DNA from: Candidatus Nomurabacteria bacterium
GTDB lineage: Bacteria > Patescibacteriota > Patescibacteriia > UBA1558 > GWA2-36-10
Length of the DNA stretch: 64,000 bases
Reading direction: 5' to 3'
Assembly: GCA_020632415.1 (NCBI GenBank)
Contig: JACKFO010000002.1
Coordinates: 322,732-386,731, forward strand
In this document: piece after piece, positions 54,016 to 62,430 of the stretch
Numbering within the stretch: the stretch's first letter is position 1
Layout: the number at the start of each line of letters is the position of its first letter
Program-made: the position numbers and the translations under genes
The notes under the pieces: model-generated
The model's database searches: none
What the model was told of the DNA's origin: nothing
Seen by the model: only the letters and a program-made list of their open reading frames with translations

Positions 54016-54558
54016 ATGCAAGCCTTTCATGAGTGGTTCGTCCACGAACTCGAGCAACGGCAGAACACGATCGACAATCCCTGTCCGATCGAAGTCGAAG
54101 TCAATGAATCGGGTACGGTACTCGGTACCCTACCCGACAACCTGAAGCCCCTCTTCTTCCTGATGCTCGACCTGATCGATGAGCGCAACGAGTCCGCCAC
54201 CGCGCTCCACGACTGGATCGTGGAACACCCCGGATTCCACCCGGCACACCCCGAAGATGCCAAGCCGGAACTGATCGGGGAATTCCAGGAGAAGAAGATC
54301 AATCACCGAGTCGCCTGCGACAAGCTGAAGACGATCACGTCCTACTTCTGGAGCAGCATCCACCACATCTTCCCCGACAGCCACAACCACAACAAGATGG
54401 AGGTCTGCAAGGACTGGCAGATCGTCTGCGGAGATGATGAAGGTGACATCAAGATCGATATCATCGGCATCGGCGGCATTCCCTCCGACTTCGTCGGTGG
54501 CTCCACCGTCGATCCCTTCGGCGACCTCCTCGGCAGCTTCTTCCGTCGAGGACACTGA
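54016..54558 (+). CDS. orphan acidic His-rich cytoplasmic protein, 180 aa (G+C-rich cassette F)
   Basis: GGAG 5 nt upstream of ATG 54016 (MQAFHEWFVHELEQ...). G/C-ending codons. Three antisense track ORFs here are artefacts of high G+C. Confidence 0.55.
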   Translation: MQAFHEWFVHELEQRQNTIDNPCPIEVEVNESGTVLGTLPDNLKPLFFLMLDLIDERNESATALHDWIVEHPGFHPAHPEDAKPELIGEFQEKKINHRVACDKLKTITSYFWSSIHHIFPDSHNHNKMEVCKDWQIVCGDDEGDIKIDIIGIGGIPSDFVGGSTVDPFGDLLGSFFRRGH

Positions 54559-54590
54559 CGCCTCAACGCAGCAGAAATGATTGGCCACAG

Positions 54591-54627
54591 CCCCAAGTGC
54601 ATCACGCGCTTGGGGTTATTTTTTTAA
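54591..54627 (+). terminator. terminator of cassette F
   Basis: CCCCAAG-11 nt-CTTGGGG followed by TTATTTTTTT. Confidence 0.7.
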
Positions 54628-54691
54628 AACAAAATATAATACATTGATTTTTTTCTTAAAAATAAGTAAGATTAGCTTATAAATTTTAATT

Positions 54692-56515
54692 ATGTCTACT
54701 TTAGAACAAATAAAATTAGTTTTACAGAAAAATATTTCTGAAATCCTAAATCAACAGCTAGAATTGGATCAAATAGGACTTGATCTTCCGCCAAATGAAA
54801 TGTTTGGTGATTATGCTTTTTCTTGTTTTGAATTAGCAAAAATTCTAAAAATCAACCCTCAAGAAGTCGCTGAAAAATTAAACAACAAGTTTATTGCTGA
54901 TCAAACTATTCTAGCCACCAAAAATGCCGGGCCATATTTAAATTTAGAACTAAATCCACAATTTTTAGCCAAAGAAACACTCCAGGAAATCAGTCAAACA
55001 AAAAACTTTGGCCAAAACACTTTTGGTCATGGTAAAAAAGTCTTGATTGAATTTTCCGGACCAAACACCAACAAACCTCAACATTTGGGTCATGTCCGTA
55101 ACGATATTTTAGGACAAGCAATGGTCAATCTTTATCGTGCTTGTGGTTTTGAAGTAATTGCTTGCAATATTATCAATGATCGTGGAATTCATATTGTCAA
55201 AAGCATGTTGGCTTACCAAAAATGGGGCGACAATCAAACTCCAGAAAGTAGTAAAATTAAAGGTGATCATTTTGTAGGTAATTTTTATGTCAAATTTGAG
55301 CAAGCTTTAAAAGCTGAACGAGATGATTATTATCAAAAAAATAAAATCGATCTGACCAAACTAAAAGCCCAAGAACAACGTCAAGCAGAAGATGCTTTCT
55401 TACAACAATCGCCACTAATGCAAGAAGCTCACGAAATGCTAAAAAAATGGGAAGCCGAAGATCCAGAAACACGAAATCTTTGGTCAAAAATGAATTCTTG
55501 GGTTTATCAAGGTTTTGAGGAAACCTATCAAGCTCTTGGCATTAAATTTGACCAAGTTTATTATGAAAGCCAAACTTATCTTTTGGGCAAAGAAATTATC
55601 AAACTTGGTTTAGAAAAAAAAGTTTTCTTTCAAAAAGAAGATAATTCAATTTGGATTGATTTAAGCTCAGAAAACTTAGATCAAAAATTGGTTTTACGTG
55701 CTGATGGCACTTCTGTTTATATTACTCAAGATTTAGGCATGGCAAAACAACGCCATGATCAATACAAGTTTGATCAAATGATCTATGTCGTGGCCAATGA
55801 GCAAAATTATCATTTTCAAGTACTATTTGCGACTCTCAAAGCGATTGGTTTTCCTTGGGCAGAAAATTTACACCATTTAAGCTACGGAATGGTCAATCTT
55901 CCTGATGGTAAAATGAAATCTCGTGAAGGCAAAGTTGTTGATGCTGATGATCTTATTTTGGAAATGAAAAATAAAGCCAGCGAAGTAATGGCAAAAGCTA
56001 CTAAACAAGTAGCAAGCTCTGTTGAACAAAAAATAAAAAGTTCCGAACAAGTTGGTTTGGGCGCTCTCAAATTTTTCTGTCTTTCAACTAGCCCACAAAA
56101 AGATATCACTTTTAATCCAACAGAAAGCATTTCTTTTGATGGTTATACTGGACCGTTTATTCAATACACGCACGCTAGAATTAATAATATTTTAACTAAA
56201 GCTGAAAAAATCCCACAATTTGCAGATTTAAATTTTAATCTAGAAATCTCCGCTGAAGAAAAAAAATTATTAAAAATTTTACTCAATTTTCCAGATAGCA
56301 TCAAAAATAGCGCTCTTGATCACAACCCAGCGACCCTTACTCAATACCTATTTGACTTAGCTAAAACTTTTAACAATTTCTACCAACAACATTCGGTTTT
56401 ACAAGCCGAGAGTCCTGATTTACAACAATTCAGATTATTTTTGGCAAATGCTACCAAACAAATCTTAAGCTCTGGCTTAGAACTCTTAGGCATCGAAGCC
56501 CCAGAGACAATGTAA
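54692..56515 (+). CDS. argS: arginine--tRNA ligase
   Basis: PNTNKPQHLGHVRN (HIGH region), GKMKSREG (KMSK-like), C-terminal anticodon-binding domain; 607 aa. Confidence 0.92.
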   Translation: MSTLEQIKLVLQKNISEILNQQLELDQIGLDLPPNEMFGDYAFSCFELAKILKINPQEVAEKLNNKFIADQTILATKNAGPYLNLELNPQFLAKETLQEISQTKNFGQNTFGHGKKVLIEFSGPNTNKPQHLGHVRNDILGQAMVNLYRACGFEVIACNIINDRGIHIVKSMLAYQKWGDNQTPESSKIKGDHFVGNFYVKFEQALKAERDDYYQKNKIDLTKLKAQEQRQAEDAFLQQSPLMQEAHEMLKKWEAEDPETRNLWSKMNSWVYQGFEETYQALGIKFDQVYYESQTYLLGKEIIKLGLEKKVFFQKEDNSIWIDLSSENLDQKLVLRADGTSVYITQDLGMAKQRHDQYKFDQMIYVVANEQNYHFQVLFATLKAIGFPWAENLHHLSYGMVNLPDGKMKSREGKVVDADDLILEMKNKASEVMAKATKQVASSVEQKIKSSEQVGLGALKFFCLSTSPQKDITFNPTESISFDGYTGPFIQYTHARINNILTKAEKIPQFADLNFNLEISAEEKKLLKILLNFPDSIKNSALDHNPATLTQYLFDLAKTFNNFYQQHSVLQAESPDLQQFRLFLANATKQILSSGLELLGIEAPETM

Positions 56516-56522
56516 CTTTTTC

Positions 56523-56555
56523 ACCAAGGGGAACAAATTTCCCCTTGGCATCCCC
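56523..56555 (+). terminator. hairpin after argS (CCAAGGGGAA-CAAAT-TTCCCCTTGG)
   Basis: 10-bp GC-rich stem. The T-run is separated from the stem by CATCCCC, so efficiency is uncertain. Confidence 0.5.
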
Positions 56556-56560
56556 TTTTT

Positions 56561-56589
56561 ATTGACAAGAAAAGAGAAATACCTTATAA
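56561..56589 (+). promoter_or_regulatory. promoter for tRNA-Lys
   Basis: TTGACA 56561-56566, 17 nt, TATAAT 56584-56589. The tRNA starts 21 nt later. Confidence 0.7.
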
Positions 56590-56610
56590 TCAAGTTCGTA
56601 ATTTTATAAT

Positions 56611-56687
56611 GCGCCTATAGCTCAGCCTGGTAGAGCAGTTGCCTTTTAAGCAAACGGTCGAGGGTTCGAATCCCCCTGGGCGCACCA
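56611..56687 (+). tRNA. tRNA-Lys (UUU), CCA encoded
   Basis: GCGCCTATAGCTCAGCCTGGTAGAGCAGTTGCCTTTTAAGCAAA...GGTTCGAATCC...TGGGCGCACCA. One mismatch each in the anticodon and T stems. Confidence 0.8.
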
Positions 56688-56703
56688 CTCACTTAAAATT
56701 AAT

Positions 56704-56728
56704 CAAGGTGCTCTGACCTTGTTTTTTT
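56704..56728 (+). terminator. terminator after tRNA-Lys
   Basis: CAAGGT-GCTCTG-ACCTTG followed by TTTTTTT. Confidence 0.7.
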
Positions 56729-56729
56729 A

Positions 56730-56757
56730 TTGACAAAATAAATAAGTAGTATAAACT
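56730..56757 (+). promoter_or_regulatory. promoter of micro-cassette G1
   Basis: TTGACA 56730-56735. Best -10 is TAAACT at 56752-56757 (16-nt spacer). Weaker than the other cassette promoters. Confidence 0.4.
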
Positions 56758-56811
56758 TAATAAGTAAAATAAGTCCTTCCACCCGTCCATCTTAAACCAA
56801 GGAGGTATGCC

Positions 56812-56898
56812 ATGCATGCCAACCACGCCCCGCCCACGATGAGCACCGATCTCGTTTCGCCCCTGCGCCGTCAGCTCAAGAGCACCGAAATCGTCTAG
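56812..56898 (+). CDS. micro-ORF G1, 28 aa (MHANHAPPTMSTDLVSPLRRQLKSTEIV)
   Basis: AAGGAGG 6 nt upstream. G+C-rich. Shares KSTEIV and the flanking DNA with G2. May instead be a small RNA. Confidence 0.4.
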   Translation: MHANHAPPTMSTDLVSPLRRQLKSTEIV

Positions 56899-56935
56899 AG
56901 CCACCAAGGCAGACGAGGCTATTGAGCTTCACCTA

Positions 56936-56966
56936 CGGCTCGCGCCACGCGCGAGCCGCTTTTTTT
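56936..56966 (+). terminator. terminator of G1
   Basis: CGGCTCGCGC-CAC-GCGCGAGCCG followed by CTTTTTTT. 39-nt block nearly identical to the G2 terminator. Confidence 0.85.
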
Positions 56967-56975
56967 ATCCAAAGT

Positions 56976-57004
56976 TTGACAAAATTAGAAATATATCATA
57001 AAAT
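56976..57004 (+). promoter_or_regulatory. promoter of micro-cassette G2
   Basis: TTGACA 56976-56981, 17 nt, TAAAAT 56999-57004. Confidence 0.55.
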
Positions 57005-57102
57005 AAAAACTCAAGGAGTGTGAGTATTCTCAAGACTGACTTGGGAATCTCCCTCAACAACCATCAACCGTGGCTGTCCGCAAGGACGAAAGGAGCCGGT
57101 CT

Positions 57103-57201
57103 ATGAAGACCCCCTGCACCGCCATCATCACCCAGAAGAGCACGGAGATCGTGCAGACCACCGAGAAGAACGGCCAGCTCAAGGCCATCGAGCAGATCTA
57201 G
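57103..57201 (+). CDS. micro-ORF G2, 32 aa (MKTPCTAIITQKSTEIVQTTEKNGQLKAIEQI)
   Basis: AAAGGAG 6-7 nt upstream. G+C-rich with G/C-ending codons. 5' UTR of about 95 nt. Confidence 0.45.
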   Translation: MKTPCTAIITQKSTEIVQTTEKNGQLKAIEQI

Positions 57202-57247
57202 CTCCAGCGGGAGTAAATCACTCGAAGCCAAGAAGCTGAAACACCCA

Positions 57248-57278
57248 CGGCTCGCGCCACGCGCGAGCCGCTTTTTTT
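57248..57278 (+). terminator. terminator of G2
   Basis: Same CGGCTCGCGC-CAC-GCGCGAGCCG + T-run as G1 (one mismatch over 39 nt including flanks). Confidence 0.85.
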
Positions 57279-57366
57279 ATTGCATAAATTGTGTTTAAAC
57301 TGTCAATAAAATTGCCTTGAAAAAAGCTAAAAAATAAGGTAAGCTAACTCTACTAAAACAGGCTTT

Positions 57367-58782
57367 ATGGACAAAATGCCCCCACAAAATCTAGAAGCAG
57401 AAAGCTCATTATTGGGTGCTTTGTTGATCGACAAAGAAGCAATTATCAAGGTTGCAGACGTAATTAATGCTCGTGATTTTTATAGCAACAAACACGGCAT
57501 GATTTATGAAACCATTTTAGACCTATTAGAACAACATGAGCCAGTTGACATTGTTTCGGTTTCCAATCGTTTAAATGAAAAAAAACAACTAGAAACTATC
57601 GGCGGAAAAACTTATATTGCCGAACTTACTGCTGCGGTTCCAAATTCTTCACACGTCAAATCTTACGCTAATATCATTCGCAAAAAATCTATTTTGCGTC
57701 AGCTAGAATCTGCTGCTGCTGAAATTTCAGAAATTTCTTTTTCGGAAGTTGATGACGTTGATAAAACTTTGGATAAAGCTGAACAAAAACTTTTTGCTAT
57801 CTCTCAAAATTCACTCAAACAAAATTTTGTTCAAGTCAAAAATATTTTGACCGACACTTTTAATCGTATCGATGAATTACATAAATCTGGTGGTGCCGGT
57901 GTCCGCGGCGTTCCTTCTGGCTACCCAGACATTGATCGACTTTTATCTGGCTTCCAAAAATCAGACTTAATAATTTTAGCTGCTCGACCTTCGGTCGGTA
58001 AAACAACTTTTGCTCTTGATTTGGTCAGAAATATTGCGATCAAATCCAAAGTACCAGTCGGCATGTTTTCTTTGGAAATGTCCAAAGAACAGCTAGTAGA
58101 CAAATTACTTGCCGCTGAAGCTGGCGTTGATCTCTGGCGAATGCGTACTGGAAAACTTTCTGACAAAGAGGAAAACGATGATTTTCCGCGCATTGGACGA
58201 GCAATGGGAGTCTTATCTGAAGCACCAATTTTTATTGATGATTCCGCTAATTCAAATATCTTAGAAATTCGAACCAAGGCTAGACGTCTAAAAATGGAAC
58301 ATGGTTTAGGTTTTTTGGTGATTGACTATTTACAATTAATGGAAGGGCGAGACAGAGAAAATCGAGTTAATGAAATCTCTGAAATTTCTCGAGCTTTAAA
58401 ACAATTAGCCAAAGAGATTGACGTACCAGTACTTGCTTTGTCTCAATTATCTCGTGCTGTGGAAAACCGAAGTCCTGCTATTCCAAAACTAGCTGATTTA
58501 AGAGAATCAGGCTCAATTGAACAAGACGCTGACATTGTCATGTTTATCTATCGTAAATCAAAAGATAAGAGTCGTGACTGTCCAGAAGATGAAAAAAATT
58601 TGGCAGAAATTCACGTTGAAAAACATCGTAACGGACCAACTGGCATTGTCAATTTATTCTTTGATGAAAACAAGGTTACTTTCCGTAGCGTCGAAAGGGC
58701 CCAAAATGTCGGTACTCCGCCACCAGAAGAAATTGGCCCACCAATACAAACCAATGGCTGGCAAGATGCTCCTAATCAATAA
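57367..58782 (+). CDS. dnaB: replicative DNA helicase
   Basis: PPQNLEAESSLLGALLID N-terminus, Walker A ARPSVGKTTFAL, LVIDYLQLM, SQLSR motifs. Confidence 0.93.
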   Translation: MDKMPPQNLEAESSLLGALLIDKEAIIKVADVINARDFYSNKHGMIYETILDLLEQHEPVDIVSVSNRLNEKKQLETIGGKTYIAELTAAVPNSSHVKSYANIIRKKSILRQLESAAAEISEISFSEVDDVDKTLDKAEQKLFAISQNSLKQNFVQVKNILTDTFNRIDELHKSGGAGVRGVPSGYPDIDRLLSGFQKSDLIILAARPSVGKTTFALDLVRNIAIKSKVPVGMFSLEMSKEQLVDKLLAAEAGVDLWRMRTGKLSDKEENDDFPRIGRAMGVLSEAPIFIDDSANSNILEIRTKARRLKMEHGLGFLVIDYLQLMEGRDRENRVNEISEISRALKQLAKEIDVPVLALSQLSRAVENRSPAIPKLADLRESGSIEQDADIVMFIYRKSKDKSRDCPEDEKNLAEIHVEKHRNGPTGIVNLFFDENKVTFRSVERAQNVGTPPPEEIGPPIQTNGWQDAPNQ

Positions 58783-58812
58783 ACATTAATTAGCAAAATA
58801 ATAAATAAAATT

Positions 58813-59103
58813 ATGTTCAATAAATTAAAACAATTCAACGACTTAAGAAAACAAGCTAACGATCTAAAAAGCATGTTAGCCAAAGAAAGTGTTGAAGTAG
58901 AAAATAAAGGCGTCAAGATTATCATGGATGGTAATCAAGAAATAAAAACTTTTGAAATAAAACCTGAAATGCTAAAAGCTGAACACAAAGCTGATTTGGA
59001 AAAACAAATTAAAGAAGCTTTCGCTGAAAGCATCAAAAAAGTCCAGCGTAAGATGGCCATGAAAATGCAACAATCTGGCAATTTTAATTTACCAGGAATG
59101 TAA
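58813..59103 (+). CDS. ybaB: YbaB/EbfC family nucleoid-associated protein
   Basis: 96 aa. Conserved position directly upstream of recR. Typical helical N-terminus and KVQRKMAMKMQ tail. Confidence 0.8.
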   Translation: MFNKLKQFNDLRKQANDLKSMLAKESVEVENKGVKIIMDGNQEIKTFEIKPEMLKAEHKADLEKQIKEAFAESIKKVQRKMAMKMQQSGNFNLPGM

Positions 59104-59117
59104 ATAACAAAAAAACA

Positions 59118-59714
59118 ATGGCTCATTTGCCAAACTTTATCCAAAAACTAATCGATGAGTTCGATAAACTTCCGGGAATTGGTCCTAAAACCGCTTCCCG
59201 TTTAGTTTTTGATTTGTTGCACCGGAAAGAAGATATCAAAATTTTAGCAGACAACCTCAATGCTGCTTATCAACAAATTCATTTGTGCCCCAAATGTTTT
59301 AATCTCTCCGACGATGGTTTATGTAAAATATGTCGCAATCCAGAAAGAAATACCAAGCTAATTGCTGTTGTTGCTCACAACCAAGATGTTGAAGCTGTTG
59401 AAAAAACCAGCAAATTTACTGGCACCTATCATTTACTCAATGGCCTACTTAGTCCACTAGAAGGAATCACTCCTGATCGTCTAAAAATCAATGAACTGGA
59501 AAAAAGAATCAGCGAAGAAGAAGTAGCAGAAGTAATTTTGATTTTAGATCAAAGTATGGAAGGAGAGGCAACGGCTATTTATTTGAGCAAGCTTCTCAAA
59601 AAATATCCTCTAAAAATCAGCCAACTGGCTCGCGGCATTCCAATGGGAGCCAACATTGAATATACTGATGAAGTTACGCTCTCCTCGGCCTTGGAAAACA
59701 GAAAAGAATTATAA
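59118..59714 (+). CDS. recR: recombination protein RecR
   Basis: LPGIGPKTASRL HhH motif, C4 zinc finger CPKC...CKIC, Toprim domain. Confidence 0.92.
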   Translation: MAHLPNFIQKLIDEFDKLPGIGPKTASRLVFDLLHRKEDIKILADNLNAAYQQIHLCPKCFNLSDDGLCKICRNPERNTKLIAVVAHNQDVEAVEKTSKFTGTYHLLNGLLSPLEGITPDRLKINELEKRISEEEVAEVILILDQSMEGEATAIYLSKLLKKYPLKISQLARGIPMGANIEYTDEVTLSSALENRKEL

Positions 59715-59743
59715 CAAAAAACCACTCTTGCGAGTGGTTTTTA
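59715..59743. terminator. bidirectional terminator between recR and rplU
   Basis: AACCACTC-TTGC-GAGTGGTT flanked by an A-run and a T-run. Confidence 0.75.
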
Positions 59744-59756
59744 AATTGAATTTAAA

Positions 59757-60074
59757 CTAAGCGCTAATCTTTTCAATCTTAATTTCTGCTTTATGTTGAC
59801 GATGGCCAACGGTTTTCTTATAACGAGTTTTAGCTTTATACTTAACGACCGTTACTTTACGATCTTTAAAATTCTTGACCAAAGTAGCTTCTACTTTAGC
59901 GCCTTTAATAATTGGATCGCCTAAAGTAACATTATCTTTATCATCAGCGATTAACAAAACATCATCAAAAACTACTTTTTCACCATCTTGTTTGGTTGGT
60001 AATTTTTCAATGCTTAAAACATCACCTTGTTTTACTTGATATTGTTTCCCGCCGGTTTTAATTACTGCTAACAT
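59757..60074 (-). CDS. rplU: 50S ribosomal protein L21
   Basis: MLAVIKTGGKQYQVKQGDVL start at 60072-60074. The track extension of 14 codons is rejected. Confidence 0.9.
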   Translation of the reverse strand: MLAVIKTGGKQYQVKQGDVLSIEKLPTKQDGEKVVFDDVLLIADDKDNVTLGDPIIKGAKVEATLVKNFKDRKVTVVKYKAKTRYKKTVGHRQHKAEIKIEKISA

Positions 60075-60182
60075 ATTTTTTATAATTTTTCTAAAAAAGT
60101 ACTCATAGATTAGCAAAAAATCATTATATTGTCAACCTCAGGTATAAAAATATCCCAATTGCCCTGCATAAAATCAAATGGG

Positions 60183-60211
60183 TTGACAAAATATATATTA
60201 TATGATATAAT
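60183..60211 (+). promoter_or_regulatory. promoter of cassette H
   Basis: TTGACA 60183-60188, 17 nt, TGaTATAAT (-10 at 60206-60211). Confidence 0.65.
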
Positions 60212-60260
60212 ACCAAAGAATTGGACATTTTCACAACAAAAGCAGCAGTTGGAGGAAATC

Positions 60261-60737
60261 ATGAATTGGCGAAAAATTGCACTTCTGTGCCTACTTCTTG
60301 CTTTGCCGATGTGGATGCTGATCCGTTCTATGCTGCCTTCGCAGTCAGTTATGGAACAGCTCCAGGAGATCGCCGATCGAACTCCCATTCACTTCGCTTT
60401 GTTGGTCGATGGACAGAGAATCGAGTATTTCGGCTTTGCCATCGATACCAGCACAGCAGCGGATACGAGTTTCGTCGAAAATCTCTACTTCTACGATCAA
60501 GTCGTGATCTGCAACATTCCAGGAGAGAACCAGTACCTCGAAGTACTCAAGGACACCCTGGATACGATCGACCCTCTGGGCACAGTCAAAGATCACGCTC
60601 CATTGGTCGGAGGCGACTACATCATCGAAGCCTACGATGCTTGGACGGATTCCCTCAAGTTCAGAGCGCGAATTCGCGCCGAACACATTGACGGAGAACC
60701 GTACATCTTCGATGATCAGAACCTTGTCAACAACTGA
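60261..60737 (+). CDS. orphan secreted or membrane-anchored protein, 158 aa (G+C-rich cassette H)
   Basis: GGAGGA SD 6 nt from ATG 60261. N-terminal hydrophobic segment MNWRKIALLCLLLALPMWML. G/C-ending codons. Overlapping track ORFs 60221..60691(+) and 60345..60746(-) are rejected. Confidence 0.55.
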   Translation: MNWRKIALLCLLLALPMWMLIRSMLPSQSVMEQLQEIADRTPIHFALLVDGQRIEYFGFAIDTSTAADTSFVENLYFYDQVVICNIPGENQYLEVLKDTLDTIDPLGTVKDHAPLVGGDYIIEAYDAWTDSLKFRARIRAEHIDGEPYIFDDQNLVNN

Positions 60738-60758
60738 CGCCCCCAATCCCCCCGGATC

Positions 60759-60810
60759 GATCCCGGCACAACACAGCAGCAGCTGTCGCGTGTCGGGATC
60801 ATTTTTATTT
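60759..60810 (+). terminator. terminator of cassette H abutting the sufU stop codon
   Basis: GATCCCGGCAC-20 nt-GTGTCGGGATC (one G-U pair) followed by ATTTTTATTT. Confidence 0.6.
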
Positions 60811-61207
60811 ACATCAAATCATCCCAAGTTCGCAAGGGATTTTTTTGTTCGGCTAAAATAATATTTTGCACTGTGATCAGGCCCAACAAAACACATTTAT
60901 AGCGCCGCTCACCAACTGGTAACCCCAACATATCCAGTAAGCTCTGATAATTAATAGCTAAAACTTCTGTAATATTTTGACCAATCAACTTTTCACTTAA
61001 AATTGACATTGCCGCGACCGAAATCGCACAACCATTAGCTTCAAATTTTAAGTCCTCTATCTGATCATCTTTAATTCTCAGATCAACGGCAAGTTGGTCG
61101 CCACAAGAGCGATTCATTTGTTTGCCAGAAATTTTTGGCTCAGCAAGACGACCGTGATTGCGTGGCTGTTTATAATGTTCGATAATATTTTGAGCGTAAA
61201 GATCCAT
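60809..61207 (-). CDS. sufU: SUF-system Fe-S cluster scaffold (SufU/NifU-like)
   Basis: LYAQNIIEHYKQPRNHG, CGDQLAVDL, ANGCAIS and KC motifs (three Cys ligands). Confidence 0.88.
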   Translation of the reverse strand: MDLYAQNIIEHYKQPRNHGRLAEPKISGKQMNRSCGDQLAVDLRIKDDQIEDLKFEANGCAISVAAMSILSEKLIGQNITEVLAINYQSLLDMLGLPVGERRYKCVLLGLITVQNIILAEQKNPLRTWDDLM

Positions 61208-61212
61208 ATGCG

Positions 61213-62430
61213 TTAAATAAATTTCTGATTAATTTTTTCTAATTCCCTAATAAAAATATCAATTTCTTCTTTAGTGTTATAAAAAGCAAGACTTGCTCTC
61301 ACAGTCGCGGGCACTTGCAAAAAATCATGTAAAGGTTGTGTGCAGTGCTGACCAGCTCGAAGAATAATTCCTGCCTCTCCTAATAAATCACCAACATCAT
61401 GAGCATGTACATTTTTTAAATTAAAAGCAAGGCTGGACAAATGATTTTCTACTATTTGTGGACCATAAATTTCCACGAAATCTAAATTTTGTAATTGTTG
61501 CAATAAATATTCTGTCAGTTCTTTTTCAATTTTTGCAATCTGATCCAAACCAAAATCATTGACAAAATCTATCGTCGCCCCATAAGCCACTACATCAGCA
61601 ATATTTGGCGTACCAGCCTCAAACTTATGTGGTAATTCATTAAGTGTAAAGTGATCTAAAAATACATCGGCAATCATATCACCGCCACCCAAAAATTCTG
61701 GCATTTCTTTTAACAATTCTTCACCGGCATATAAAACGCCAACGCCAGTTGGACCAAACATTTTATGAGCTGAAAAAGCTACGAAATTTGCACCTAAATT
61801 TTGGACATCAATTTTCTGATGAGCGATAACTTGCGCCGCGTCTAACAAAACTTTAATTCCTTTGCTTTGCGCTAGCTTGATTAGATCACTGATCTCATGA
61901 ACATTGCCCAAAGTATTTGAAGCCATTTGCAGGCTCAAAAATTTCACACCTGCTTGAGAAATTAATTCTTTGGCCTGTTTTAAGTCTAAATTTCCTTCTG
62001 GATCCAAAGTAATAAAAACTAATTCAATGCCAATTTCTTTTTTTAATTGTAACCAAGGTACGATATTTGAATGATGCTCAAGTATCGACAAAACTACCTT
62101 ATCACCTGCTTTTAAAAAATGCTGGCCATAAGTTTTGGCTACCAAATTAATACTCTCGGTAGTATTACGAGTAAAAACTATTTCCTTTTTATTTTTAGCG
62201 TTGATAAATTTTGCTACTTTTTCTCTAGTTGCCTCATGCATTTCAGTAGCTCTATCAGCTAAAGGATTTAAACCGCGATGAATATTAGAATTGTGCTTCT
62301 GATAAAAATCAACTAAAGCATCGATCATCACCTGTGGTTTTTGGGTAGTTGCAGCATTATCAAAATAAACCAGAGGCCGATCATTAATCTTGGTTTCTAA
62401 AATCGGAAACAGACTACGAATTTTGTTCAT
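61213..62430 (-). CDS. sufS: cysteine desulfurase, SufS subfamily
   Basis: PLP lysine FSAHKMFGPTG, catalytic RAGQHCTQP; 405 aa. Confidence 0.92.
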   Translation of the reverse strand: MNKIRSLFPILETKINDRPLVYFDNAATTQKPQVMIDALVDFYQKHNSNIHRGLNPLADRATEMHEATREKVAKFINAKNKKEIVFTRNTTESINLVAKTYGQHFLKAGDKVVLSILEHHSNIVPWLQLKKEIGIELVFITLDPEGNLDLKQAKELISQAGVKFLSLQMASNTLGNVHEISDLIKLAQSKGIKVLLDAAQVIAHQKIDVQNLGANFVAFSAHKMFGPTGVGVLYAGEELLKEMPEFLGGGDMIADVFLDHFTLNELPHKFEAGTPNIADVVAYGATIDFVNDFGLDQIAKIEKELTEYLLQQLQNLDFVEIYGPQIVENHLSSLAFNLKNVHAHDVGDLLGEAGIILRAGQHCTQPLHDFLQVPATVRASLAFYNTKEEIDIFIRELEKINQKFI

